Source: an uncultured bacterium
GTDB taxonomy: Bacteria; Verrucomicrobiota; Verrucomicrobiia; Limisphaerales; UBA8199
Reading direction: 5' to 3'
DNA: 64,000 bases
Assembly: GCA_963749495.1 (NCBI GenBank)
Contig: CAVVMW010000006.1
Coordinates: forward strand, 896,001 to 960,000
This document shows, in pieces, positions 1-10,817 of the stretch. Made by a program: the position numbers and the translations under genes. Under the pieces are notes generated by a model. That model saw only the letters and a program-made list of their open reading frames with translations. It had not been told where the DNA came from and searched no databases. Position 1 is the stretch's first letter. Each line of letters begins with the position of its first letter.

Positions 1-1982
1 CCTCGATGTCGTAGGTGACGCCAGGAACACCGGCCAATCGGATGGTGGCGGTCCCTCCCTGGACGGATACTCCCAGCATGGTCGCTCCTTGTCCGTTGAC
101 GCCACACAACGCCAGGCTGTGATCCCATCCCGCCGCGATGGCCGTCACACCGCTCAAGCCCGCGGGCACGGTGCTCTGGCCATTATCGTTGTTTCCCCAG
201 GCCGCGACCGTTCCGTCCTGCTTCAGCGCCAGGCTGTGATCCCCTCCCGCCGCGATGGCCGTCACGCCGCTCAAGCCCGCGGGCACGGTGCTTTGGCCAG
301 ACCCATTGTATCCCCAGCCGACGACCGTCCCGTCCTGCTTCAGCGCCAGACTGTGATACTCTCCCGCCGCGATGGCCGTCACGCCGCTCAAACCCGCCGG
401 CACGGTACTTGCGCCATACCCGTTGTTTCCCCAGGCGACGACCGTCCCGTCCTGCTTCAGTGCAAGACTGTGATAGCCTCCCGCCGCGATGGCCGTCACG
501 CCGCTCAAGCCCGCGGGCACGGTGCTTTGGGCAGAGACATTCAATCCCCAGGCGGCGACCGTCCCGTCCTGCTTCAACGCCAGACTGTGATACTCTCCCG
601 CCGCGATGGCCGTCACGCCGCTCAAACCCGCGGGCACGGTGCTTTGGCCAATAAAACCAGCGTCCGTCGCCCAGTAATTGTCGCCCCACCCGAGGACCGT
701 CCCATCCTGCTCCAGCGCCAGGCTGTGATAGCCTCCGGCCGCGATGGCCGTCACGCCGCGCACGCCCGCGGGCACTGTGCAATCCCCGTAGTCATCGTTT
801 CCCCAGGCGGCGACCGTCGCGTCTTGCTTCAACGCCAGACTGTGATACCCTCCCGCCGCAATGGCCGTCACGCCGCTCAAGCCCGCGGGCACGGTGCTTG
901 CGCCATCGTCACCGCCTCCCCAGGCGGCGACCGTCCCGTCCTGCGTCAAGGCCAGACTGTGAGAGCCTCCCGCCGCGATGGCCGTCACGCCGCTCAAAGC
1001 CGCGGGCACTGTGCTTTGGCCCTCCGAATTCCATCCCCAGGCGACGACGCTGCCGTCCTGCTTCAGCGCCAGACTGTGATAGTCTCCCGCCGCAATGGCC
1101 GTCACGCCGCTCAAGCCCGCGGGCACCGTGCTCTCGCCAGAGCCGCTGTAGCCCCAGGCGGCGACCGTCCCGTCTTGCGTCAGTGCCAGACTGCGGTGCC
1201 ATCCCGCAGCGATGGCTGCCACGCCGTTCAGGCTTCCGGGCACGGTGCTTTCGCCATAGAAATTTCCTCCCCAGGCGACGACTGTCCCGTCCTGCATCAG
1301 CGCGAGACTGTGAGAAATTCCCGCCGCGATCGCCGTCACGCCGGTCAAACCCGCGGGCACGGTGCTTTGGCCATAGTTGGGAATCTCTGAAGTCCCAGGT
1401 GTACCCGCACCCCAGGCGACGACCGTCCCGTCCTGCTTCAGCGCCAGGCTGTGATACCATCCCGCCGCGATGGCCGTCACGCCGCTCAAGCCCGCGGGCA
1501 CGGTGCTTTGGCCACTGCTATTGTCTCCCCAGGCCACGACCGTCCCGTCCGGCTTCAACGCCAGGCTATGCGATGCTCCGGCGGCCACCTTCGTGAAGGC
1601 GGCTCCAAAGTCATTCAAGGGAAAGACCACTTGGGCGCCCCATCCGGCCACTTTTCCCGCGGCCCCCGGTTCGGGCTGGCAACGTGTGAAGGGCCGCCAC
1701 TGAGGCGAGTATGCCCAGCAACCGCGCTGAGCGCGAAACCGCCAACCCGCCTCGAAGGCTGCGGCCCCGCCCCGTCCCCGTAAGCGCCGCAACTCCCGCC
1801 AGGGCCAGCCTGCTCAGAATCCGCCAGGCCCCCGCCTGGGGCACCCTTAGTCGCCCCCCAAACTCCAGGCTCCCACTGACCAACAGGTTGGGGGTGAGCC
1901 CGAATTCGTCCGCAACTTTAGCAGGGCCGGCGCGATTCAGCCCGGCTGGAGCCTTTGTCATGCCTGTTCCATCCTCTTTCAT
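1..1982 (-). CDS. Secreted RCC1-repeat beta-propeller protein (about 13 repeats); frameshift near 1672; runs off the window start
   Basis: Minus strand reads repeats of VPAGLSGVTAIAAGxxHSLALKQDGTVVAWGxNxxGQST every ~111 nt from ~1600 to ~110, then TATIRLAGVPGVTYDIE. The N-terminal part lies in ORF 1611..1982 and the true start is uncertain. The + strand ORF 89..1390 is its antisense shadow. Confidence 0.85.
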
Positions 1983-2058
1983 AACCTAGCCAAAAATCCG
2001 TGGGTTTCAGATCAGCTTACGGACAATCCGGCGTTGCAGTGACGCCCCGGGTCTGCCA

Positions 2059-3106
2059 CTACCACGTGTTCGCCGGGTCGCCAGTGCGCTTGCTTCCGCA
2101 GCGGAACATCGGCCAAGCCGTGCTGCCGGGGCCCACGTCGTTCCAAAGGGCGTAAAGTTTTCCGCTCGCGGAGCCAACATACAGTATATTATTAGCACCA
2201 ATCACCGGGGAGGAAAAGACATCTCCGCCAGTATAGAAGGGCCACATGGTGGACTTGGAGGGAGTGCCGTAGGGATCGAGCGCGTAAATCTTGCCGTCCC
2301 TGCAGCCGAAAATAATCGTGCCGCCCGCTGCAATGGCTGGCGAGCTGTCAATCTCGTAACCCGCCGTGTACGGCCATTTGTACGGCAATGTGGATTTCAC
2401 CTGCCCGCTTGCCGGATCCAGAGCATACATCTTGTAATTCTGGGACCCCACGTAAACCGTTCCGTCGGGCCCAAGAGCGGCAGAGGATTCGATGGCCGCG
2501 CCCGTATTGTACAGCCACTTGAGGCTTCCATTCGTCAGGGCGTAGATTTTTCCGTCGAAGGAGCCGACATAAACGGTCCCGTTGCTCGCGATGGTGGGCG
2601 AGGCATAGACGTAGCCGCCCGTAGTGTACGGCCATCCGGGCTTGTCGGTACCGTTCGTGGGATTCAGTCCGTACACCTTCCCGTCCATGCCGCCGATGTA
2701 AACGGTTCCGTCTTGGCCGATGGCGGGCGAGGAGTAGAGCGTGTTGCCGGTGGCCCTGGACCATTTCAACGTGCCGGAGGGGTTGAGCGCGTAGATGTGG
2801 TCATCGCCGCTGCCGAAATAAACCGTGCCATCCGTGCCGATGGCCGGGGACGAAAAGACGTTGCCAGCGGTGGGGTAGCCCCACGTGCAAGTCCCGTTCG
2901 GGTTCACGGCAAACAGCACGCCGTCATAACAACCGGCGTAGATTGTGCCGTCCGGCCCTATGGCCGGCGAGGAGTAGAAGCTCCAGTTCCCATAAAAGCC
3001 CGGGAAGCTCCATTTCAGGGTGCCATTGGTGTTGATCGCATAGAGGCAGCAGGCCGTAGAGACGGCGCCGACGTAGATGGTCCCATCACATCCGATAGCC
3101 GGCGAG
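2059..3106 (-). pseudogene. PQQ-like (BamB-type) beta-propeller repeat protein lacking its own N-terminus
   Basis: Repeated SSPAIGxDGTVYxGSxDGKxYAL..G.LKW motifs and terminal WPMFR..RTG. Begins abruptly at SPAIG, fused in frame to an unrelated LuxR-like fragment. Confidence 0.75.
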
Positions 3107-3260
3107 GCCTTCTCCGTCATACTGTCAAACACACCGCGAATGATTTCCATCTCGCGCCCGGAAAGGTCCAGAGAGGTGGCGACTTGCTTCCATGCGTGTT
3201 GGCTGAGCATCGCGGAGCCAACATTTGAAGAGCTTCCTTTGGAGCGCACCTCCACGGCGC
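3107..3260 (-). pseudogene. Truncated LuxR-family HTH regulator fragment
   Basis: LSQHAWKQVATSLDLSGREMEIIRGVFDSMTEKA matches the first half of a LuxR HTH (LS.RE..I); the IA..L.IS recognition helix is missing. Confidence 0.6.
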
Positions 3261-3703
3261 CGCCTCCTTGTGTACTTGCCGCCCAGCCGTCTCGGCCTGA
3301 TGCTTGTGGACGCGCTCCATGCCGGCCCGATGGGGATGATGCGGCTGCGGACGGGTCGGCGTGGGGGGGGCGGAGAAGCACGAGCGAAGCACCGGAGATG
3401 CACGCTGGACCTCCTCTATGGGATCGAGGCGGCGGATCCCATTGCCCCAGACTGGTCATCTCACCCGGATGAAACATGCACCCACCCATTAACTGTGGTC
3501 CATTAACACGTTCTGCGCCGCGAATGTCAATGCCTGTTTGTGACAATTAGGCAACAGCAGGCTGGCGTCTTGTGAAGAAATGACAAAAAGCCAACAACTG
3601 TTGAGAGGGCCGGGGTGAGGGGTCCGACCGGCACTCCGTCTCTGCCTTCGCTGACCGATTACCCCTGGCTTCACAAATCGACCATTCTGTTTACACTCCG
3701 GCC

Positions 3704-5042
3704 ATGAAGCACATTCGATATTTCCTGGCTCATGCCGCAATGGCGGCCGCTGTGGCCTCGACGGCGCTCGGGGCTGACGTGGCCGGCGCGCGATCGAGCG
3801 GGGCCGGCTACTACCGGTTCCCGGCCATTCACGGAGACACGCTGGTCTTCACTGCCGAGGGGGACTTGTGGCGGGTGGGCATCCAGGGCGGCACGGCCCA
3901 GCGGTTGACCAGCCACCTGGCGGAGGAATCCTGCGCGGCGATCTCGCCGGACGGAACGACCGTGGCGTTCTCGGCGTTCTATGAGGGGCCGCTGGAGGTC
4001 TATGTCATGCCGATCGAGGGCGGGTTGCCCAACCGGCTGACGTTCCAGGCTGAAAGGGCCTTTGTTGCGGGCTGGACAGCCGAGGGGAAGGTCCTGTATT
4101 CGACCCTCCACAGCTCGACGCTGCCGGATTGGCAACTGGCCACCGTGGATCCCAAGACCGGCCTGACCGCGCTGCTGCCCCTGAGCCAGGCCAGCGACGG
4201 CGTCTTCGATCCGGCCGGCAAGACGCTCTATTTCACGCGGCAGCATTTCCAGGGCAGCAGCACCAAAGGCTACCAGGGCGGCACGGCGCAGAGCCTGTGG
4301 AAATTCGCCCTGGACGCCCCCGAGGCCGTGCCGTTGACGGCGGATTTCGCGGGCACCAGCAAAGGGCCGATGTGGTCGCAGGAGCGGGTCTATTTCCTGA
4401 CGGACCGGGACGGGACGATGAATATCTGGTCGATGAATCCCCAAGGAGGGGACCTGCGCCAGCACACCCGGCATCGCGGCTGGGACATCAAATGGGCCTC
4501 GCTGTCCGAGGGCCGAATCGCCTGCCAACAGGGCGCGGACTTGCGCATCTTCGAGATCGCCTCGGGCAAGGACTGGCTGGCGCCGATCCGGCTGGCCTCC
4601 GACTTCGATCAGGAACCTGGAACTCTGGCTGTTGAATCTCCAGGAACACAAGAGCCGGCGCATCGCCGTCTCCAAGATGGGGGCATTTGCGGACCTCCAG
4701 TGGTCCCCCGACAGCCATTGGCTGGCTTATGTCGCCGAGGCGGAGGACCTTTACAGCCGGATCTTGATCTATCATGTCAATGACGGGGCCACGACCGCCC
4801 TGACGAGCGATCGCGTCAACAGCCTCTCCCCGTTCTGGAGCCCGGACGGCAAATGGATTTACTTCCTCTCCGAGCGGCACATCGAGTCGGTAGTGGCCAG
4901 CCCGTGGGGCCCGCGCGCACCGGAGCCGTTCTATAACGAGGCGGTCAAGCTCTACCTGGTTTCGCTCGTCAAGGACGGCCGCTCCCCGTTTGAGCCCAGG
5001 GATGAATTGCACCCTGGCGACAAGGAGAAAGAAAACCGATAG
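3704..5042 (+). pseudogene. Tricorn-like (S41) protease N-terminal fragment; internal deletion near 4612; no PDZ or catalytic domain
   Basis: Signal peptide, GYYRFPAIHGDTLVFTAEGDLW, PD40-like SPDG repeats, GYQGGTAQSLW. Frame break at LASDFDQ|NLELWLL; stop after PGDKEKENR. Confidence 0.8.
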
Positions 5043-5096
5043 CTGGATCCTCTAGAGTCCTTGAATTTCAAAACGTGATGCAGACAGGTCAAGCTT

Positions 5097-5148
5097 GTGG
5101 CACGGGCATCCTGCCCGTGGGGGCTTGGGCAGGATGCCCGAGCCACGG
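5097..5148. repeat. REP-like palindrome between convergent genes
   Basis: GTGGCACGGGCATCCTGCCC ... GGGCAGGATGCCCGAGCCAC inverted repeat. Confidence 0.7.
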
Positions 5149-5165
5149 TCTGAGGCCCTGCCTTG

Positions 5166-6003
5166 CTAGAAATGAAGGGCGTAAGTTGGGCTGGAGCGAT
5201 CGGCATCCATCACGCACCACAAGTTAAGCGGCCCCAGGGCCCGCCAGGTACTTGATGAACCGCGCGCTGCCGTCGGCCATGGCGTAATCGGAACCGCCCG
5301 AGCGGGTTCCTGGCCCCCGCCCGGCATGGCGGCCTTGTTCGAGTTCCGTTTCGTCGTTGCCCAGCACGACGCCCGGGAAATCTTGCGACTGGCCCGGTTC
5401 GAGCAAGTCCATGTAATAGTGCGGAGAAGCGGACTTTTTCTCGCCCAGGACGATGGTGTCCGAGGGATGAGGGATGACGCTGAGCTTGAGACAGGCGGTG
5501 CTCGAGGCGGCCATGTAATCATTAAAGTCCTGCTCACTCAGAGTTCGTTTGAAATAATCATTCCAGCCGTTGATGATGTAACTGCGCGGAGCGGCATCGG
5601 CGGGGAAGCTGTTGGTGTCGGTGCTTCCGGTGGCGGGCGTCTGCGGGCCGTCGGTGGGGCACCGCAGAAGCTTGACGGCCCTGTAATTATTATAAAAGGC
5701 GGCCGGCCATCGGGTCACGGAGGAGCGGGGCGGGAAATAGCCCCGGTTGTCGTCCGTGTACATGACCCCCGCCGTGGCCAGTTGTTTGAGATTGTTGATG
5801 CAGGAAATGCGGCGGGCGGTTTCCTTGGCCCGGCCCAAGGCGGGCAGGAGCATGGCCGCCAGGATGGCGATAATGGCGATCACGACCAGCAGTTCAATCA
5901 GGGTGAACCCGGAACGGGCGGCCGAGGGGGCAACCCTTGCCCCCCGCGCCTGCAAAACCCGCATCCGCCGGGTTGCCCGTGATGGATGAGCGATGCAGTT
6001 CAT
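5166..6003 (-). CDS. Prepilin-type N-terminal cleavage/methylation protein with C-terminal H-X9-DG-like motif (DUF1559-like); frameshift near 5249
   Basis: [36 protein letters not shown] and RH...[13 protein letters not shown]-terminus continues as [12 protein letters not shown] in the ORF ending at 5166. Confidence 0.85.
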
Positions 6004-6058
6004 ACTTGTAAGCTGCCTGTCGAATAATCCGGGCCGACTTGCGTCTATTCAGGTGCCA

Positions 6059-6505
6059 ATGACAAAAAAGCAGTGTCTGCTCCTTGCCTTGGCCGTTTTG
6101 GGCCTCGGGCTCGTGCTGTACGTTAATAGAGACTGGTTTTCCAAGCCTCCTATTCAAATCACGCATCGCTTCCATGCCTTTGCCGACAGCTTCGCCCGAG
6201 ACCCCGGCACCGTGCCGGTCCTCTTCGAGTTCAATCGCCGGCTTAAGTTGACCTCCGTGAGCGTGGTCAACCTCGCCGCGTTCCAGACGAACCGCCAGAC
6301 GTTGCCGCTCTGGCAGTTGAAGAGCGACTCGAGCTCGGCGCCCACCAAAGGCTTTCTTTACGGCATGGCCATCCCCGGGATGCGGCCCGTGCGCCAGGGC
6401 AGCGTCGCCGAAGCCCCGGAGGTGGGCGTGCAATACCGATTGCTGGTCGAAGCCCGCTCCCTCAAGGCCCACTACGATTTCACTATCGAACTCCCAAGGC
6501 AATAA
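6059..6505 (+). CDS. Hypothetical membrane-anchored protein
   Basis: MTKKQCLLLALAVLGLGLVLY hydrophobic N-terminus; plausible composition; divergent from the prepilin gene. Confidence 0.65.
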   Translation: MTKKQCLLLALAVLGLGLVLYVNRDWFSKPPIQITHRFHAFADSFARDPGTVPVLFEFNRRLKLTSVSVVNLAAFQTNRQTLPLWQLKSDSSSAPTKGFLYGMAIPGMRPVRQGSVAEAPEVGVQYRLLVEARSLKAHYDFTIELPRQ

Positions 6506-6565
6506 CCATGCATTTGGGGGCGGTGTCGGGATGCCCCCGTAATTGTCAGCCTTTTGCGTTTCTGC

Positions 6566-6600
6566 TTGCCGCAAGCGAAAGTGTAGGACACAATCATACA
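6566..6600 (+). promoter_or_regulatory. Putative sigma70 promoter with operator for the TA operon
   Basis: TTGCCG-17 nt-CACAAT with overlapping inverted half-sites TGTA...TACA, just before ATG 6605. Confidence 0.45.
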
Positions 6601-6892
6601 GAAGATGAACCTGCTTTTCATCGAAGCTGCCCGGTTCACCGAGCGGGTCCAGGCGCTCAGGGCCGAAGAGGACCTTTGGAGGCTGGAGGATCAATTGTGC
6701 CGGGACCCCGAAGCTGGCGATGTCATCCAGGGCACGAGCGGCTTTCGCAAGGTTCGTATGAGGCTGCCGGGGAGAGGAAAGCGCGGCGGGTGCCGGGTCA
6801 TCTATCTTTATGTGAGATCAGCGGCGCGCATCTACTTCGTCTATCTCTATCCGAAGAACGAACAGGTGGACTTGAGCGCGGATCAGAAAAAG

Positions 6893-8571
6893 GACTGGTC
6901 AGCAGAATGTATGGGTAAGTCGAGGCTCAGGTAAGCGGCCAAGGCAATGATACAGGGCCAATTCCATGGCTGGATAGGTGCGGAAGCCGTAAGATCGTCT
7001 GGTTACCACTCGAATCTTGTTGTTCAGGCCCTCGACGGCGGCGCTGGAGAGCTCACCTTTGGCCTCGAACCAATTCAAGATCAACGGCTCATGGGCGCGC
7101 AGCATCCGGGCCACCTTCTTCATTGGTTCGAGCCGGCTGCGCATGGCTCGAGCGCACCAATAACCCAGATAGGCCACCACATAGATCGGAGAACGGTAGT
7201 GCCAAAGGTAGTCGAAGCTCTCCTTGAGGTTCCAGGCCCGTGCCGTCGCCAGCTTGCTGGCCAACAGGGCGTTGAGCTTGGAGCGGGCACGGCCCCGCAC
7301 CCGGCTGCCCCGGCGCAACAACTGCCAGCGCATGCCCTTGAGCCGCTGAGCCAGGGGCCGGCCGTGCAAGCGCGACTGCTCGCCCCGGCGCACCTCGTCC
7401 ACCGCCTCGTTGAGGTGCCCCACGATATGAAAGCGGTCCAGCACGTTGAGCGCCTGCGGTATCTTGGCCGCGATCACCTTCAGGTAGGGCTTCCACATGT
7501 CGCTGCACACATACTTCAGAGCGCTGACCACCGGGGCTCCCAATTCTGCCAAGCCCCGCCGCAACGTGGCTTGAGTGCGCCGCCGACCCAGCCACAGCAA
7601 GCGCCGACAGTGGGGGTCAATCTGGTAAATCACCGTCAGGAAGTTGTCGGCCTTCTGGCCCTTGCCCCAATGGATCTCGTCCACTCCGATGGCCTCCACA
7701 CCCTCCAGGCGCCGGTGCTCCAAACCCCATTGGACGAACCACTGCACCGAACGGTAGACGGCCTCCCAACTGGTGTGGAAGGCCTGGGCGGTTTCCTTCC
7801 AGGACAGCCGCCGGGCCCACCGGGCCAAGAGGCCCATCATCGCCGTCGTCACCGGCCGCTTGCCCTGGCTCCAGGGGATATGCTCGACGACCACCCCGTC
7901 CTGCGGACAATTGACCCGCCGCGGGGGGTAGAGGAAATAGGTCTTGACGCCCCACATCGGCGGAAACAGCCAGGACCGCTGGGGCAACTGATCATAGCCG
8001 GGGACTGGCTGCAGGCACCGGGAGCACTTGGCGGGAATGCCGCCATGGGGTTGGAGGGTGATTTCGAGCCGCTGGCCACGGCCTCGGCGGTCCCGGCACA
8101 AGCGGATGTCCTGGTAAACGAAGCCCACAAAGTGTTGAATGTCGTTGAGAACCGTCTTAACCTTCAATTGCATAGCTGGTCTGCCGCTCGGTGGCGGGCG
8201 TGCTTTTCACATCTCGCAGGCTACCGCAAGCCAGGCAGATCAGCTATCGCTTTGTGGCGCTGGGCAGCCCTCCGAGCCAAGCACACCTTCACCAGCAATT
8301 CCTTAGCGGCGCATCATGGCGGAGGGCGGGGCTGTCAAGGTGGAGCGCAGCAGGGCACGAGGGCACGTGGCGAGCAATACCTTGACAGCCCCGCCCGGAG
8401 CCATACCCTGGCCGCGCCGGAATTGCTTGAAGTCCTTCTCCGGCCGTTAGGCCGCTCGATTCGTCGCGGAGCGTGCCGCGGGATGTTCCACGACCGCCCA
8501 ACTCACCAACGTCAACCCTCCGAACTGAACACGTGTCCAGATGTTTCACCCACAAATTGTGCGGGGGACCC
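6893..8571 (-). mobile_element. ISL3-family insertion sequence, 1679 bp, 8-bp target duplication
   Basis: AGAAAAAG at 6885-6892 and 8572-8579. Imperfect terminal IRs GACTGGTCAGCAGAATGTATGGGT and GGGTCCCCCGCACAATTTGTGGGT (reverse complement of the right end). Confidence 0.9.
6899..8173 (-). CDS. ISL3-family transposase
   Basis: Zn-finger CSRC and RRVNC, IGVDE, CSDMWKPY, LDRFHIV, SSAAVEGLNNKIRVVTRRSYGFR. Confidence 0.95.
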   Translation of the reverse strand: MQLKVKTVLNDIQHFVGFVYQDIRLCRDRRGRGQRLEITLQPHGGIPAKCSRCLQPVPGYDQLPQRSWLFPPMWGVKTYFLYPPRRVNCPQDGVVVEHIPWSQGKRPVTTAMMGLLARWARRLSWKETAQAFHTSWEAVYRSVQWFVQWGLEHRRLEGVEAIGVDEIHWGKGQKADNFLTVIYQIDPHCRRLLWLGRRRTQATLRRGLAELGAPVVSALKYVCSDMWKPYLKVIAAKIPQALNVLDRFHIVGHLNEAVDEVRRGEQSRLHGRPLAQRLKGMRWQLLRRGSRVRGRARSKLNALLASKLATARAWNLKESFDYLWHYRSPIYVVAYLGYWCARAMRSRLEPMKKVARMLRAHEPLILNWFEAKGELSSAAVEGLNNKIRVVTRRSYGFRTYPAMELALYHCLGRLPEPRLTHTFC

Positions 8572-8607
8572 AGAAAAAGGCGCTAAAATGCATCGCTCGC
8601 AGGATTT

Positions 8608-8943
8608 ATGAAGAAGCCAGGAAAGACCCATCAGTTAACCGCTGATGAATTCGCCGAATTGAGAGCAGGCGCTGAGGATGCCTTGGCGCACGCAAAGGGC
8701 AACAAGACCACGCTGCGTACTCGGTCGGTCGCTCTGCCACACAAGCCGCGCGCCTTTAGCCCGGCGCGCATCCGCTCCATCCGATCCCGCTTGAACGTTA
8801 GTCAGCCAGTGTTCGCAAGGCTGCTCTACGTGACCAAGGATACGGCCGCCAAGTGGGAGCAGGGCGTGCGGCGGCCGTCGGGCTCGGCTTTGCGACTCCT
8901 CGAAATCGCGGAAAAGTGGCCAGAAATGCTGGTCAACGGCTGA
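8608..8943 (+). CDS. XRE/HigA-type HTH antitoxin
   Basis: IRSIRSRLNVSQPVFARLL.V...T..KWEQGVRRPSGSALRLL; overlaps the toxin 3' end. Confidence 0.85.
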   Translation: MKKPGKTHQLTADEFAELRAGAEDALAHAKGNKTTLRTRSVALPHKPRAFSPARIRSIRSRLNVSQPVFARLLYVTKDTAAKWEQGVRRPSGSALRLLEIAEKWPEMLVNG

Positions 8944-9189
8944 TTGCTCATCTGCGATCTAGGCCCGCGGGCCGTTGACAAAGCAAAGAAAGGCGCGCAG
9001 TGTGCTTTGCGGTGCATTGTCAGCCCAAACCTGGCCCTGGAGGCCTCTCTGCCAAACGGGGGCAAGATTCCATCGGAGGGAAGAACCTGAATGGCGCGGC
9101 TGGGCCAGGCGTCTAAACAATGGCTGAAATCGGAAGGGAAAGTCCCGGGAAGACCCGCAGTGAGAACGTAACGCGAAAGGGCCCGTGGT

Positions 9190-10812
9190 ATGAAGACCTG
9201 GCCGAGAACTTTAGTAATCCTGTTGGCGTGGAGTTGCGCGGTGACCGGTGGGAGGGCGGCGCCGGACGCGGGTGTGGAGGCCGCCATCCAGGCCATCGAG
9301 CAAGCCCCCGACCCCTCGGCTGCCGTGGCCGCTTATGCGAGCGGCTTTGGCTTGGACCGGAGCAATCCGGCGTTGCACGAGGCCTATGTCTCCCGCATGG
9401 TCGAATTGGGCCTGCCGGAAATGGCCTATCACCAGGCCCAGACCTTGACCACCCTCCAGCTCACCAACGGCCTGGCTTGGGGTGTGGTCGCCTATGTGGA
9501 CGCCCGGCGTTCTCGAATGCCCGAGGCCATCCTGGCCATCAACGTGGCCGGCCAGTTCGCCCCGGACAATAAATTCGTCCAGCACACCGCAGGCGAACTC
9601 GCCGCCTGGTACGACCTCAAGGCAGACAAGGCCAAAATACCTGACAAGACCAAAGACGGGTTGGCCAGGGTCCGCGCCCTGCTCGATAAGCGCCCCGCAT
9701 TCACCGAGGCTTACGCCATGGCCCAAAAGGCCTACCAGGCTCAGGCCAGCGCCCCATCGGAACCGGCCCAAGCGCCCGCAGCCCAAGCAGCTCCCGCTCG
9801 AGCGGCGCCGGTTCAAGCCGCGCCGGCCCCAACGACCCCGGCCCCGGCGCTCCCTAATGCTCCTCAAGCATTGTTGGCCCCCCAGGCGGAAGTGGATCAA
9901 ATTGCGCCACTGGGCTATGCCCCCCCGGCGGCGCCTCCGCCCGATTATTACTATTCCAGCCCGTACTATTATCCGGACTATCCCGGCATCTACGATTGGA
10001 ATCCGGACTTCTGTTACGATTGGGGTCCGGGGTGGGCGTGGCCCACGCCCTGGTGCTGGTGGCAGCCGTGCGGGTTCTGGGGCGGCTGCGCCTTCTTCCC
10101 GTTCGGGTTCGCGTTCGCGTTTGGCGACTTTGACGGCCATCGCTTCGGCCACGGCGATCGCTTCGGCCATGGTGACCGCTTTGGCCATGGCGGGGGCTTT
10201 GGCCACGGACGCGACCCCGGGTTTTGGCACGGCGACCCGCACGGGCGGAACGGTTTCTTTGGAGCACCGGCCCGGCCGAGCAGTTCGGTGACTCAATTCG
10301 CGCGCGCTGGTTCAGCGGCTCGTCCCGCTTCAGTTGACGCTGCCGGCGGCGGAGCCACGGCCTGGTGGAGCGGCGCGGGCCAGCACAGCTCCCTCGCCAC
10401 AATGGGCACGAGAGCCGCGCAACCGGGCATTGCCGGCCGGAGCGCGACGCCCACGACGCCCCTTGCGCGTTCCTGGACCGGCAGCTCCAGCGCATACCGG
10501 GCCGCCCCGGCCACGCGCGGCGCATGGACCGGCCAAAACTACTCTGCCCGCAATTACGCGGCCCCCTCCAGGAGTTGGAGCGCTCCGAGCTATCGTGCTC
10601 CTGCCTCTGGGGCGTCCCACTATGCGGCGCCTGGCGGAAGCTCGTTCGGGGGATATGGCGGCTGGCATAGCAGCGCCCCAGTGGGCGGGGCGTCTCGCTC
10701 CTTTGGCGGAGGCTCCTTCGGCGGCGGGTTTCATGGTGGCGGAGGCGGTGGCGGATTCCACGGCGGCGGAGGGTTTGGCGGTGGCGGGCACGGCGGCGGC
10801 GGACATCGTTAA
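9190..10812 (+). CDS. Secreted hypothetical protein with helical N-domain, Pro/Ala linker, Trp/Tyr/Cys-rich segment and His/Gly-rich tail
   Basis: 540-aa ORF with signal-peptide-like start, GHGDRF repeats and GGGFHGGG tail. Confidence 0.75.
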   Translation: MKTWPRTLVILLAWSCAVTGGRAAPDAGVEAAIQAIEQAPDPSAAVAAYASGFGLDRSNPALHEAYVSRMVELGLPEMAYHQAQTLTTLQLTNGLAWGVVAYVDARRSRMPEAILAINVAGQFAPDNKFVQHTAGELAAWYDLKADKAKIPDKTKDGLARVRALLDKRPAFTEAYAMAQKAYQAQASAPSEPAQAPAAQAAPARAAPVQAAPAPTTPAPALPNAPQALLAPQAEVDQIAPLGYAPPAAPPPDYYYSSPYYYPDYPGIYDWNPDFCYDWGPGWAWPTPWCWWQPCGFWGGCAFFPFGFAFAFGDFDGHRFGHGDRFGHGDRFGHGGGFGHGRDPGFWHGDPHGRNGFFGAPARPSSSVTQFARAGSAARPASVDAAGGGATAWWSGAGQHSSLATMGTRAAQPGIAGRSATPTTPLARSWTGSSSAYRAAPATRGAWTGQNYSARNYAAPSRSWSAPSYRAPASGASHYAAPGGSSFGGYGGWHSSAPVGGASRSFGGGSFGGGFHGGGGGGGFHGGGGFGGGGHGGGGHR

Positions 10813-10817
10813 GCACG

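Larger units (their letters stand above)
6605..8645 (+). pseudogene. RelE/HigB-family toxin interrupted by ISL3 (parts 6605-6892 and 8580-8645)
   Basis: PEAGDVIQGTSGFRKVR...GKRGGCRVIYLY...YPKNEQVDLS. Removing the IS and one target copy restores ADQKKALKCIARRIYEEARKDPSVNR-stop. Confidence 0.85.

Noticed and set aside
89..1390. 433-aa + strand repetitive ORF
   Set aside because: Antisense shadow of the RCC1-repeat gene.
110..1600. Possible CRISPR array or DGR
   Set aside because: Period is a multiple of 3 and encodes RCC1 repeats; no cas or reverse transcriptase genes in the window.
5045..5059. GGATCCTCTAGAGTC, a 15-nt match to the pUC polylinker next to the tricorn truncation
   Set aside because: Diverges on both sides and no other vector sequence was recognised; probably chance, though a vector screen and read check are cheap.
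6947..8611. 554-aa + strand ORF
   Set aside because: Antisense to the ISL3 transposase.
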